Assembly: GCA_963728405.1 (NCBI GenBank)
Contig: CAVSJV010000017.1
Location: forward strand, 384,001-448,000
Source: Methanomassiliicoccaceae archaeon
GTDB taxonomy: Archaea > Thermoplasmatota > Thermoplasmata > Methanomassiliicoccales > Methanomassiliicoccaceae
Reading direction: 5' to 3'
Length of the DNA: 64,000 nucleotides
A model generated the notes under the pieces. That model saw only the letters and a list, made by a program, of their open reading frames with translations. It had not been told where the DNA came from and did no database searches. A program made the translations under genes and the position numbers. This document shows positions 1 to 9,078 of the stretch, one piece after another (position 1 is the first letter of the stretch; each line of letters opens with the position of its first letter).

Positions 1-128
1 TGATGGAGCGCACGGTCACGGTCCGTTCATCCTTCTGAATGGTTATGAGGGTTACGCTTCCCAGGTATCCAGTGCTTTGATCTGCCACGGAAATCCTTTT
101 AGCCGTCCTGGGAGTTCCTTCAGTGTCC

Positions 129-1286
129 ATGAAACGCACCCCGTTGTACGATGCCCATGTCGCCCTGGGCGCCAAGATGGTGGAGTTCGGCGGCTGGGAG
201 ATGCCCATCCAATACACTAGCGTCCTGGATGAGCACAAGGCGGTCCGGCAACGGGCGGGGTTGTTCGACGTCTCACATATGGGCGACATCATCATTCGAG
301 GTTCGGGAGCGGAAGATGCGCTCCGCGAGTTGCTCACCAACGACATCAAGGACCTGGCGGTCGGCAAGGGCATCTACGCCCACATGCTGAACGAGCAGGG
401 GAAGATCATTGACGACACCATCACCTTCCGCCTGGGACCAGACGATTTCCTGCTCATTCCCAATGCCTCCCACGCCACGCAGATCTTCGAATGGGTCCGG
501 GACCATATCAGGCACGCCCAGGTCACCGACGTGTCCGAGCGCCTGGCCTGCATCGCCCTGCAGGGTCCGAAGGCTCAGGAGACCCTGCAGCGCCTCACCT
601 CCAAGGACCTCACGGAGATAAAGCGTCTACGCGGCGATCTGGTCGACCTGAGAGCGTCCGGACCGTTCGATGAGGCGTCCGGACGTTTCCTGCCCGACCT
701 GTTCCCTTCCAACAAGCCAGCACCTGGAACGGTGCAGTGCTACATCACCCGCTCCGGCTATACCGGCGAGGACGGCTTCGAGATCCTTATGGGGAACGGT
801 GCGGCCATGGCCGTATGGAACGAGCTGATGGCCGTGGGGAAGGATCTCGGGCTCCAGGCCGCCGGGTTGGGGGCCAGGGACCTGCTCCGTCTGGAGATGG
901 GGTACCTGCTCTCGGGCACCGACTTCGACGGCTCACAGACCTCCCTAGAGACGGGGCCGGAGTGGGTCGTCAAGTGGGGCCACCGGTTCATCGGCCGCGA
1001 GGCGCTGCTGAAGCAGAAGGACTGCGCGGTGTTCCGCAAGCTCGTCGGCATCGAGCTTCTGGAAAAGGGCATCCCCCGTCACGGTTATCCCATCACATTC
1101 AACCACCGCGAGATCGGTAAGGTGACCTCCGGAACGCTATCGCCGATCCTTAACAAGGGCATCGCCCTCGCCTATGTCAACCTGAACCATGCCCAGGAGG
1201 GCGACGAGATCGAGGTCACTATTCGTGATTCCTCGGTGAAAGCAAGAGTGGCCGTTCCGCCATTCATCAGGAAGGTGAGAAACTGA
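129..1286 (+). CDS. gcvT: Glycine cleavage system aminomethyltransferase T
   Basis: KRTPLY...FGGWEMP, GLFDVSHMG, RSGYTGEDGFE, GLGARDLLRLEMG and GKVTSGT motifs; ATG at 129. Confidence 0.95.
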   Translation: MKRTPLYDAHVALGAKMVEFGGWEMPIQYTSVLDEHKAVRQRAGLFDVSHMGDIIIRGSGAEDALRELLTNDIKDLAVGKGIYAHMLNEQGKIIDDTITFRLGPDDFLLIPNASHATQIFEWVRDHIRHAQVTDVSERLACIALQGPKAQETLQRLTSKDLTEIKRLRGDLVDLRASGPFDEASGRFLPDLFPSNKPAPGTVQCYITRSGYTGEDGFEILMGNGAAMAVWNELMAVGKDLGLQAAGLGARDLLRLEMGYLLSGTDFDGSQTSLETGPEWVVKWGHRFIGREALLKQKDCAVFRKLVGIELLEKGIPRHGYPITFNHREIGKVTSGTLSPILNKGIALAYVNLNHAQEGDEIEVTIRDSSVKARVAVPPFIRKVRN

Positions 1287-1324
1287 AGAAAAAGGTCGTC
1301 GATACGCTACAGGACCTACTGGCC

Positions 1325-2338
1325 ATGGACAGCGACCTCCATGCGGATATGGCCCCCATCGTCCGCTACGTGCGAAGGCGATTGGAAAGCGCCGGCATGC
1401 GCGTCCGTCAGGTCGGCCCGGAGAAGTTTCCAGCGATCGTCGCTACCTGCGGCAAGCACGGCATGCTCTTCTCCGGCCATCTCGACACCGTGCCGGTCGG
1501 CTCGAACTGGTCCATGTTCCAGGGGGAGATCGATGGCAATCGCATCTACGGCCGCGGCACTACCGACATGAAGGGCGCCTGTGCCGCCATGATCGACGCG
1601 GCCGAGGTCCTGGTGAACGACGAGGTACCGTTCAGCATCGCCCTCACCACCGACGAGGAGGAGCAGATGTACGGCGTGGCGGCGGTGGTCCAAGAGGACC
1701 TCGTCCGGAGAGCCAAAGGCATCCTGATCATGGAACCGACCGAGCTCTCTCCGGCCTACCGTGAGAAGGGGGTGTTCCGCTTCCGCCTGACCACTAAGGG
1801 TCGAGCGGCCCACTCCAGCCAGCCCTGGCTCGGCGACGATGCCATCCTCAAGATGCACTACTGTCTCGGCCGGTTACTGGACCTGGCGGAGATCTCCTCG
1901 CAGAAATCTACCGGCATGACGATGTGCTTCTCCACCATCGCGGGCGGCAACAAGAACAACGTGGTCTCCGACCGCTGCTCGGTCGAGGTGGACGTCCGTT
2001 TCCCCTCGACCCAGAGCATCCACGATATCGAGGACATCATCGTCAACCGGCTGCGCGGTGAGGTGTACCAGATGGATATCGAGTACACTCTGGACGCGTT
2101 CGAGTCCGATCCTCACTCCGAGATAAGCAACGAGCTATCGAACTTCCTGGGCACCGACCCCATCGTCGTACCGTATGCCACCGAAGCGCCGAAGTACGCG
2201 ATAGTGAACCCCCGCGTGTACATCTGCGGTCCTGGAGACCCCCATCTCGCTCACACCACCGATGAGTACGTGGAGCTGCAAGAGCTGGAAGAGGCGCACG
2301 ACATGATCGTGCACCTGGCCAAGTACGTTCAGGGATAG
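1325..2338 (+). CDS. M20 family metallopeptidase/deacylase (ArgE/DapE-like)
   Basis: SGHLDTVP, YGRGTTDMKG, DEEE, GRAAHSS and AHTTDEY motifs. Confidence 0.9.
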   Translation: MDSDLHADMAPIVRYVRRRLESAGMRVRQVGPEKFPAIVATCGKHGMLFSGHLDTVPVGSNWSMFQGEIDGNRIYGRGTTDMKGACAAMIDAAEVLVNDEVPFSIALTTDEEEQMYGVAAVVQEDLVRRAKGILIMEPTELSPAYREKGVFRFRLTTKGRAAHSSQPWLGDDAILKMHYCLGRLLDLAEISSQKSTGMTMCFSTIAGGNKNNVVSDRCSVEVDVRFPSTQSIHDIEDIIVNRLRGEVYQMDIEYTLDAFESDPHSEISNELSNFLGTDPIVVPYATEAPKYAIVNPRVYICGPGDPHLAHTTDEYVELQELEEAHDMIVHLAKYVQG

Positions 2339-3627
2339 ACTCGGGACACCGTCCGGGGGAACGGGATAGCGTCCCTGATGTGCTCCAGACCGCAAACGAA
2401 CTTGACGACCCTCTCCACCCCCAGCCCGAAGCCGGAGTGCGGCACGGAACCGTAGCGGCGAAGGTCCAAGTACCACTCGTACGGCCCCATGGCGATCTCC
2501 TGCGCCTCCATCCTGGAGATGAGCTTGTTGAGGTCCGTCTCCCTCTCCGAACCGCCGATGATCTCACCGAATCCAGCGGGAGCGAGCAGGTCGGCACAGG
2601 CATACGTCCGGGGGTCCTCCTCGTCCTCCTTCATGTAGAAGGCCTTGCACTCCTTGGGATAGTTGGTCACGAACACCGGCACGGTCTCTTCGGCGGTCAG
2701 GGCACGTTCCTCCGGAGCGCCCAGGTCGCAGCCCCACGATATCTCATAGTTCTGTTCGCGAAGCTTGTCGATCGCCTGTGAGTAGGTCATGCGCTTGAAC
2801 GGCGGCTTGATCGCGTTCAGCGGCTGGATGTCCTTACGGACCAGCAAAAGCTCGTCCCTGGCGCTTGTGAGCACGTTCTCGACCATCGCCGAGACCAGCT
2901 GCTCCTGGATATCCATGTTACCCTTGTAATCGACCCACGCTTCCTCCAGCTCCAGATGCCAGTACTCGGTCAGGTGTCGGGTCGTGCGGGACTTCTCAGC
3001 GCGGAAGGACGGCGTTATGGAGTAGACCCGATCGAGGGAGAAGATCAGCGATTCCAGGTACATCTGGGCGCTCTGGCTGAGGTAAGCGTCCCGGTCGAAG
3101 TACTTCAGCTTGAACAGGGTGGTGCCGCCCTCGCACGCATTGGTGGTCAGGATCGGAGGCGTCACCTCGGTGAACATGTTCTCCTTCAGCCAGTCCCTCG
3201 CCCCAGCCATGGCGGCGGCCTTGATCTTCATGATCGCGGTCTGCTCCCGAGAGCGGACCCAGAGGTGGCGGTGGTCGAGCAGCAGCTCCTCGCTTTGGTA
3301 CTCGGTGATGGGGAACGTCTGCGCCGCACCGACGACCTTGAAGGCGGAAGCGCGCATCTCCTTCCCGCCGGGAGCGCGCTTGTCATCGAACAGCCGACCC
3401 TTGACCAGGACCGACGACTCGAGATTGGTGCCGTGAGCGGCCTCGAACTCCCCGTCGGGGAGGTTTCCCTTCTTCACCGTCACCTGGATGATGCCGGTCG
3501 AGTCCCTTAGGACGAGGAACACGATGGCGCCGCTGGAACGGGCTCGGTAGATCCATCCGCGGGCCTCGACCTCCTGGTCGGCAGGGGCGGTGAACAGCTG
3601 GTTGACGGGAAGGAAGGGCATGTCCAT
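2329..3627 (-). CDS. asnS: Asparagine--tRNA ligase
   Basis: N-terminal OB fold, YLSQSAQMYLE, FRAEKSRTTRHLTEYW, EIIGGSERE and PHSGFGLGVER motifs; start approximate. Confidence 0.93.
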   Translation of the reverse strand: MDMPFLPVNQLFTAPADQEVEARGWIYRARSSGAIVFLVLRDSTGIIQVTVKKGNLPDGEFEAAHGTNLESSVLVKGRLFDDKRAPGGKEMRASAFKVVGAAQTFPITEYQSEELLLDHRHLWVRSREQTAIMKIKAAAMAGARDWLKENMFTEVTPPILTTNACEGGTTLFKLKYFDRDAYLSQSAQMYLESLIFSLDRVYSITPSFRAEKSRTTRHLTEYWHLELEEAWVDYKGNMDIQEQLVSAMVENVLTSARDELLLVRKDIQPLNAIKPPFKRMTYSQAIDKLREQNYEISWGCDLGAPEERALTAEETVPVFVTNYPKECKAFYMKEDEEDPRTYACADLLAPAGFGEIIGGSERETDLNKLISRMEAQEIAMGPYEWYLDLRRYGSVPHSGFGLGVERVVKFVCGLEHIRDAIPFPRTVSRVYP

Positions 3628-3780
3628 TCGAACGGCATTCAACTATCTTTGAGTTTCGCCGTGCCAGATGCGGGCAGGGAGCTTTGCTCAATTCCTACAG
3701 CATCGCTGATGTCCCCGCTTAGCTCTTCCCCTAATAACAGCGGGGAAAGGCAGTTATCGGGCTAGGCTAATCCGGGCAGC

Positions 3781-4218
3781 GTGATGATCAGGTCGGCCGG
3801 CATCGAGGAACTGCCGGAGGTCCAGGAGATCGAGGAGACGTGCTTCCAGGAGGACCGCTACCCGCCAGAGGTCCTGGCGGAGATGCTGGCCGAGGAGGGC
3901 TTCGAGACCGTGCTGGCCGAGGACGAGGAACTCTTGGGCTCAGCCACCGTGAACTTCCGGAAGGGCATGGTCGCGGCGCAGCTGGTGTCCATCGCCGTTC
4001 TGCCTAGGCACCGCGGCAAGGGCGTGGCCAGGGCACTGTTGGCTGAGATGGAGAAGAGGGTCAGACGCAGAGGGGCCAAGAAGATGGTCCTTCAGGTCAA
4101 TGTCCTCAACGTCGCTGCCATCAACCTGTACCTGCACCAGGGCTACGTGCTCCAGGGTATGATCGGCGGATACTACGGCCCGGGCAAGGACGCTTATTTC
4201 ATGGATAAGATCCTCTGA
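3781..4218 (+). CDS. GNAT N-acetyltransferase (RimI-like)
   Basis: SIAVLPRHRGKGVA, NVAAINLY and YYGPGKDAYFM motifs. Confidence 0.88.
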   Translation: MMIRSAGIEELPEVQEIEETCFQEDRYPPEVLAEMLAEEGFETVLAEDEELLGSATVNFRKGMVAAQLVSIAVLPRHRGKGVARALLAEMEKRVRRRGAKKMVLQVNVLNVAAINLYLHQGYVLQGMIGGYYGPGKDAYFMDKIL

Positions 4219-4342
4219 CTATTCTCGACCATTGGAAATACAGAGGGCCTTGGCCAGTTCGTCCAGGGGAAAATCAATATATAGAGATTGTAGTATTCGG
4301 CGTGCTGTCATCTCTCGCGGATGTTGGCCCAGGTGAAGGAAG

Positions 4343-4510
4343 ATGGAAGAGACCCTATGCAACGTTGAATTCATTAAAGACAACAACGACTACATAGCCA
4401 GGGTTCAGAGTGAGATCGGTGGTGTGAGAGAATACCGCAGTTCGTCACTTGAAGAGGTCCTCGAGCAGGTCATCATCGACCTCCAGGAAGAGTTCGAGAC
4501 CGCTGGCTAA
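4343..4510 (+). CDS. Small acidic hypothetical protein (55 aa; not in ORF track)
   Basis: ATG at 4343 to TAA at 4510, MEETLCNVEFIKDNNDYIARVQSEIGGVREYRSSSLEEVLEQVIIDLQEEFETAG; GGTGA SD motif at 4332; AT-rich TATA-like box near 4277. Confidence 0.75.
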   Translation: MEETLCNVEFIKDNNDYIARVQSEIGGVREYRSSSLEEVLEQVIIDLQEEFETAG

Positions 4511-4597
4511 GGTTTTACGGCTTTTATGGGCTAACATAATGCTAGCTTCATAGGTCATATCTTCCTGAACGTCCATAAGGAGTACGAGGTCATTGAA

Positions 4598-4951
4598 ATG
4601 CAGAACCGGGAGAAGTCCGAATATGATACGGTCATGTCGTCCTACTTCGGGGACGACCAGGTCACCGCCCTGATCAACCTCAAGGTGGAGACCAAGGAGG
4701 CCGATATCATTGCCGAGGCCATCGCCGAGAACGACGCCGTGGACGATGTCTACCTGGTAACAGGAGAGACCGACATAGTGGCCGTAGTGAAGTTTCAAAC
4801 CTATGGTCAGCTCAAAAGGTTCCTTATGGAGACCATAACCAGCATCCCTGGGGTCAAGGAGAGCAAGACCTCCATGGTAGTGACCACCTTCAAGAAGGGC
4901 GGGGAGCTAAAGGTCGAGAAGGCCGAGGCCGGCCCCGAAAGCAAGGGATGA
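4598..4951 (+). CDS. Lrp/AsnC ligand-binding domain protein (no HTH)
   Basis: VYLVTGETDIV...IPGVKESKTSMV RAM-domain pattern. Confidence 0.88.
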   Translation: MQNREKSEYDTVMSSYFGDDQVTALINLKVETKEADIIAEAIAENDAVDDVYLVTGETDIVAVVKFQTYGQLKRFLMETITSIPGVKESKTSMVVTTFKKGGELKVEKAEAGPESKG

Positions 4952-4991
4952 TATACAATATCCTTCCCCGTATCAAACGGGGGTGAAACCA

Positions 4992-5247
4992 ATGGCAGAC
5001 AACATCAAACTCAAGCAGGTAATGGACGTGTTCGGACCAATTAGCCGAGGACACCTCGGTGCCCCGGAACATCCGGAGGGGGGCCGCCGACGCGAAAGGT
5101 CGCCTGCAGCAGCCCAACGAGGCTATGGACGTCAAGGCAGCCAGCGCCATCTTCATCTTAGACGAGCTGGCAAACGACCCGAACATCCCGCTTCACGGCA
5201 GGACGTTGATCTGGAACATCATCAGCCAGCTGGAGACGGTGAAGTAG
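4992..5247 (+). CDS. UPF0147 family protein (one frameshift near 5033)
   Basis: Removing one base joins MADNIKLKQVMDV to DQLAEDTSVPRNIRR...DELANDPNIPLHGRTLIWNIISQLE. Confidence 0.85.
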
Positions 5248-5302
5248 GATTCACCACGCTCCAAACCTTTTAATTACAATTATACAATCAAGCTCGACAT
5301 AG

Positions 5303-5374
5303 GCGGGCGTAGTCTAGTGGTTAGGACTTAAGCTTCCCAAGCTTGAAGCCCGGGTTCGAATCCCGGCGCCCGCA
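5303..5374 (+). tRNA. tRNA-Gly(CCC)
   Basis: GCGGGCG/CGCCCGC acceptor stem, TAGTGG D-loop, anticodon arm TAAGC-TTCCCAA-GCTTG, GGTTCGAATCC T-arm. Confidence 0.96.
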
Positions 5375-5375
5375 C
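5363..5375 (+). repeat. att core, left copy (tRNA 3' end)
   Basis: CCGGCGCCCGCAC. Confidence 0.85.
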
Positions 5376-5377
5376 TC

Positions 5378-5851
5378 CTAGCTATATCCAGTAAGGAAAT
5401 TATCCTTCGAGATAGTGGGGTTTGTTTTGGCGGTCGGTTTGGGCGACCGTACATCGCTCACTTCCGCTAACGCCTTCTCTTCTTTCTTACGGCAGTAATA
5501 GCTCTCCATGGCCTTGGTGGAGTCGTGTCCCATGAGGACCGAGACCGACTCGATGGTAACGCCTTGGTCGAGGCACATCTGCCCGAAGGTTCTCCGGCAG
5601 GTGCGCAGGTCAAACTTGAAGCCGACCTCGTTCTCGACCATTTTCTTTAACTTCTCCAGGCTGTTAGTGGCGAAGTAGCCGTCCATCGCGATGAACAGCT
5701 CATCGAGGAACTTGGTGACGCCTGCTCGTATGATGTCCAATCGACCGCGGCCTGTCCACTTGAAAATCTTTACCACCTCATTATGGAGGGGGATGGGCAG
5801 GTCGACCGACGCGTGGACCTTGGTCTTCTCAATGGTCGGATTCACAGGCAT
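5378..5851 (-). pseudogene. Truncated tyrosine recombinase (C-terminal catalytic part) with a non-integrase N-terminus
   Basis: RTCRRTFGQ...SVLMGHDSTKAMESYY box II motifs; box I Arg and core-binding domain not visible; only 157 aa. Confidence 0.8.
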
Positions 5852-6113
5852 GTTAACATCTACGTACGATGTGGTATTTTAGAGACGTCCAGATAGATAT
5901 ATTCATCATTAATTAATCTATTATCTTCTAATGGAATTGAAGGGGTTTCCTGTTAGAAAACCACAACATTATCGGCTCTGGGCACTGCCAAGAAAATTTT
6001 CGGCCATTACTGACGGAGATAGCACCTATTGGTCCAGCTTCCAGCGCGTTTCTTTTCTAGAATGGGCCTCTCCCTCCTGATGTTGGACCCGTGTTGCACC
6101 AGCGGCCGAGTAT

Positions 6114-6529
6114 CTAGCAGTTACTCTTCCGCTGCCCTAGCATTATTTCCTTCAGCGTTGCGGTCATCCGGTCCATCTCCTCGATAGTCATGGGCTTGAT
6201 GAGGTAGCAGACCACGCCGTTCTGCTTGGCCGCTTCCTTATCGTCAGGGGAGGACGAGCCGGTCAATATTATCACTGCCGTTGTTCTGAGGAGACCGCGC
6301 GTTTTAAGCAGATCGAGCAATTGATGGCCGCTGAACATGGGCAACTTGAGGTCCAGAAGGATAAAGTCCGCGGTGTTCGACTCGAGGTATGCAAGAGCTT
6401 TCTCACCATCGCTCAGCCAAGTGAGTCGATGCTCGATCCCCGTATCCTTCAGTACCCCTGCATCAGATGGGCATCGCTCTTGCTGTCTTCGACGAGCACG
6501 ATGTTCAGCGGCTTAGATGGCGAGGTCAT
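6114..6529 (-). CDS. Single-domain response regulator (Rcp1-like; frameshift near 6456)
   Basis: IVLVEDS joined to FILLDLKLP...IILTGSS...YLIKP; ATGA overlap with the kinase stop codon. Confidence 0.87.
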
Positions 6530-9042
6530 TGCTCCTCGGGTATGGTGAAGAAGAAGATGCTTCCCACTCCCTTCTTCGACTCGACCCAGATGCGCCCGCC
6601 ATGCCGTTCGACGATCTTCTTGCTGATGGCCAGACCGATGCCGGTCCCCGGGTACTGCTCGTTCGTATGAAGACGCTGGAACATCTTGAACAGGTTCTCG
6701 TGATACTTCGGATCGATGCCGATGCCGTTGTCCTTGACGGCGATGATCCATTCGTGACCTCTGTGACGTGCTGATACTTCCACCCTCGGTGCTTCCGCCC
6801 CATGGAACTTGATGGCATTGCTGATCAGGTTCTGGAGCACTTGAGATAGTTGCGTCGCATCGCCCCAGACGGTCGGTAGAGGCTCGATTGAAACTGAAGC
6901 CTTATTCTCCGTGATCGCCACATGCAGGTCGTCGATGACCTTCTCAGTTACCAGGTTCATATTCACAGTCGAGAAAGGTATTACTTGAGTATCGATGCGC
7001 GAGAACTGCAGCAGGTCGTCGATGAGCTGCCTCATGCGCTCGGAACCGCGGACCGCCGTGCTCATGTACTCCTTGGCCTGCGGACTCAGTTCGCTGCCGA
7101 ACTTCTTGTTAAGTAGCCCTAGATAAGCGGTAACCATCCTGAGAGGCTCTTGCAGATCGTGACTGGCCACATAAGCGAACTGCTGCAGCTCGGCGTTGGA
7201 ACGGGCCAGCGCCCTTTGTTCGTTCCTCTGTTCGGTGATGTCCTGCGCCGTCACAACGGCTCCCAGGAGTCTACCATCGGGACTCATTATGGGTGCCGCT
7301 GAGTTGAGTATGGTCGCTCGCTGGCCGTCGAAGCGTTCGATGTCGATCACATCGCCAATGATGGTCTCACCCTTCAGCAACGCCATGGCCAACCCCCAGT
7401 CTTCAGCCTTGTATCGTTCGCCAGTATCCGGCCGCCAGCCCTTGAATTCGGCGTACTGGTCTACCCCATTGACCGCTATTTCCTTGATGCCCCATATACG
7501 TCTCATAGCATCATTGGCCTCGACCACCCTGCCGTTGGCATCGGCGATGGCCACACCTACTGGCAGGGTGGCTAGGATGGTTCGCAGGCGGGAACGCTCC
7601 TCTTCCGTTGCTCTCTGCGCCCGCTTGATCTCGGTAATGTCCACGCTCGTGGTGATCTCGTGGTCCTTCCCGAGGGGAGCGGTGGTCATCAGGTAATCCC
7701 GATCATTAGCGTCTAAATGCACCTCCTTGGTGATTGGTTTCCCTAATGTTCGCATCTCCCTTATGTCCTCAAGCCGCATGGTAGCCGTCCCCGGATTGAG
7801 TATCTCGCTGTCTCTCTTGCCCTTGACCTCATCGATGGGGCCTTCCCCCAAGGCCTTGAGCGCTGCGGGGTTGGCATCGACCAATACCTTGTCGATGACC
7901 TCTCCACTCTGGTCGTAAATGAACTGGCGTAGGGTGACCAGCTCCTGCAGGTTCTCGAACAAACCGCGGTACCTCGCCTCGCTCTCGCTTACCGTTTCAA
8001 AGAGTCGAGCGTTCTCTATCGCCAAAGAAAGCGATGAAGCAAGCTTGTTGGCGAAGTCGATCTGGGCATCGCTGAACCGGACGTTCTTGGGATTATGGTA
8101 GAACGCGATGATACCGATGACCTCATCTTTCAAAATGATCGGCGCTACCAGGACCGAACGGGCACTATAGGCTTTCATGTTCGGCCGGTTCGCTCGCGGG
8201 TCGTTGTACGCGTCGTCGATGGCGATGGCCTTTCTCTCCTTAGCGACCAGCATGGAGATCGGCGATTCCTCTTCGGTGTTCAGATGGCCAAGAATGCTGG
8301 ACGGGAAGTTGTGCGCGAACCGGGCGACCCAATAATCGCCCTCGCGCATGCTGATGAGCGAGGACTCGGCGTCGAGGGCCTTTGACCCTTCGTTGATAAC
8401 CCGCTGCATGAGTTCGTCATAGTCAAGAGTGGAGTTGATGTACGCGTTGATCCGGTTCAATGCCGAACTAAATAGCTCACTTTCCTTGACCGCTTCCTCC
8501 GCTTTCTTGCGCTCGGTGATGTCAAACAACGCCGATCGTATGGTGATCTCACCCCCCTCTTCGACCGTGATGCTCACGATACTGACCTCGCTCTCGCTGG
8601 TGCCTTTGAGCTTGATCTCACCGCTCTGTTTGCCTCGGTTCTCCAACATCCGCCGGACATGGAGATAGAGCTCGTCCTGCGATTCGTCGGTGACGAACGA
8701 CGAGAGCTTCTTCTTCAGAACATATTTGACATTTGAATCAACCATCTGGGAGAAGGTTAGATTGGCTTCCTTGATGACCATATCCTCGCTGATGGTCACA
8801 TAGCCAATGGGGGCGAGGTTGAACAGGTCGAAATATCTCCTCATCGACTCGTCCAGGCTCGATCTCGTTTTCTGAAGGCTCTCGTTCTGCATCTCCAGCT
8901 CGGTCTGGTAGACCTGCAGCTCGTGAATGATCTCCTGGGCCTCTTCCCCGGAGACCTTCCTTCCGCTTTCTAGACGCCCCTTCACAGCGTCCTCGGCCCT
9001 CTTTCTCAACTCCTCCAGGTATTGGGTGTTGTCCTCAGTCAT
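6526..9042 (-). CDS. Cytoplasmic PAS/GAF sensor histidine kinase
   Basis: QFAYVASHDLQEPLR H-box, QNLISNAIKF, DNGIGI and GTGIGLA; N-terminal ELQVYQTELEMQNE coil followed by PAS, GAF and PAS segments. Confidence 0.93.
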   Translation of the reverse strand: MTEDNTQYLEELRKRAEDAVKGRLESGRKVSGEEAQEIIHELQVYQTELEMQNESLQKTRSSLDESMRRYFDLFNLAPIGYVTISEDMVIKEANLTFSQMVDSNVKYVLKKKLSSFVTDESQDELYLHVRRMLENRGKQSGEIKLKGTSESEVSIVSITVEEGGEITIRSALFDITERKKAEEAVKESELFSSALNRINAYINSTLDYDELMQRVINEGSKALDAESSLISMREGDYWVARFAHNFPSSILGHLNTEEESPISMLVAKERKAIAIDDAYNDPRANRPNMKAYSARSVLVAPIILKDEVIGIIAFYHNPKNVRFSDAQIDFANKLASSLSLAIENARLFETVSESEARYRGLFENLQELVTLRQFIYDQSGEVIDKVLVDANPAALKALGEGPIDEVKGKRDSEILNPGTATMRLEDIREMRTLGKPITKEVHLDANDRDYLMTTAPLGKDHEITTSVDITEIKRAQRATEEERSRLRTILATLPVGVAIADANGRVVEANDAMRRIWGIKEIAVNGVDQYAEFKGWRPDTGERYKAEDWGLAMALLKGETIIGDVIDIERFDGQRATILNSAAPIMSPDGRLLGAVVTAQDITEQRNEQRALARSNAELQQFAYVASHDLQEPLRMVTAYLGLLNKKFGSELSPQAKEYMSTAVRGSERMRQLIDDLLQFSRIDTQVIPFSTVNMNLVTEKVIDDLHVAITENKASVSIEPLPTVWGDATQLSQVLQNLISNAIKFHGAEAPRVEVSARHRGHEWIIAVKDNGIGIDPKYHENLFKMFQRLHTNEQYPGTGIGLAISKKIVERHGGRIWVESKKGVGSIFFFTIPEEQ

Positions 9043-9078
9043 GGATGTCCCCCGGCCGGCCGTCGCTTATTGGTCTGA

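Noticed and set aside
654-684. GCGTCCGGAC repeated twice within an apparent loop insertion of gcvT
   Set aside because: Short, in frame and plausible by chance or local duplication in GC-rich DNA.
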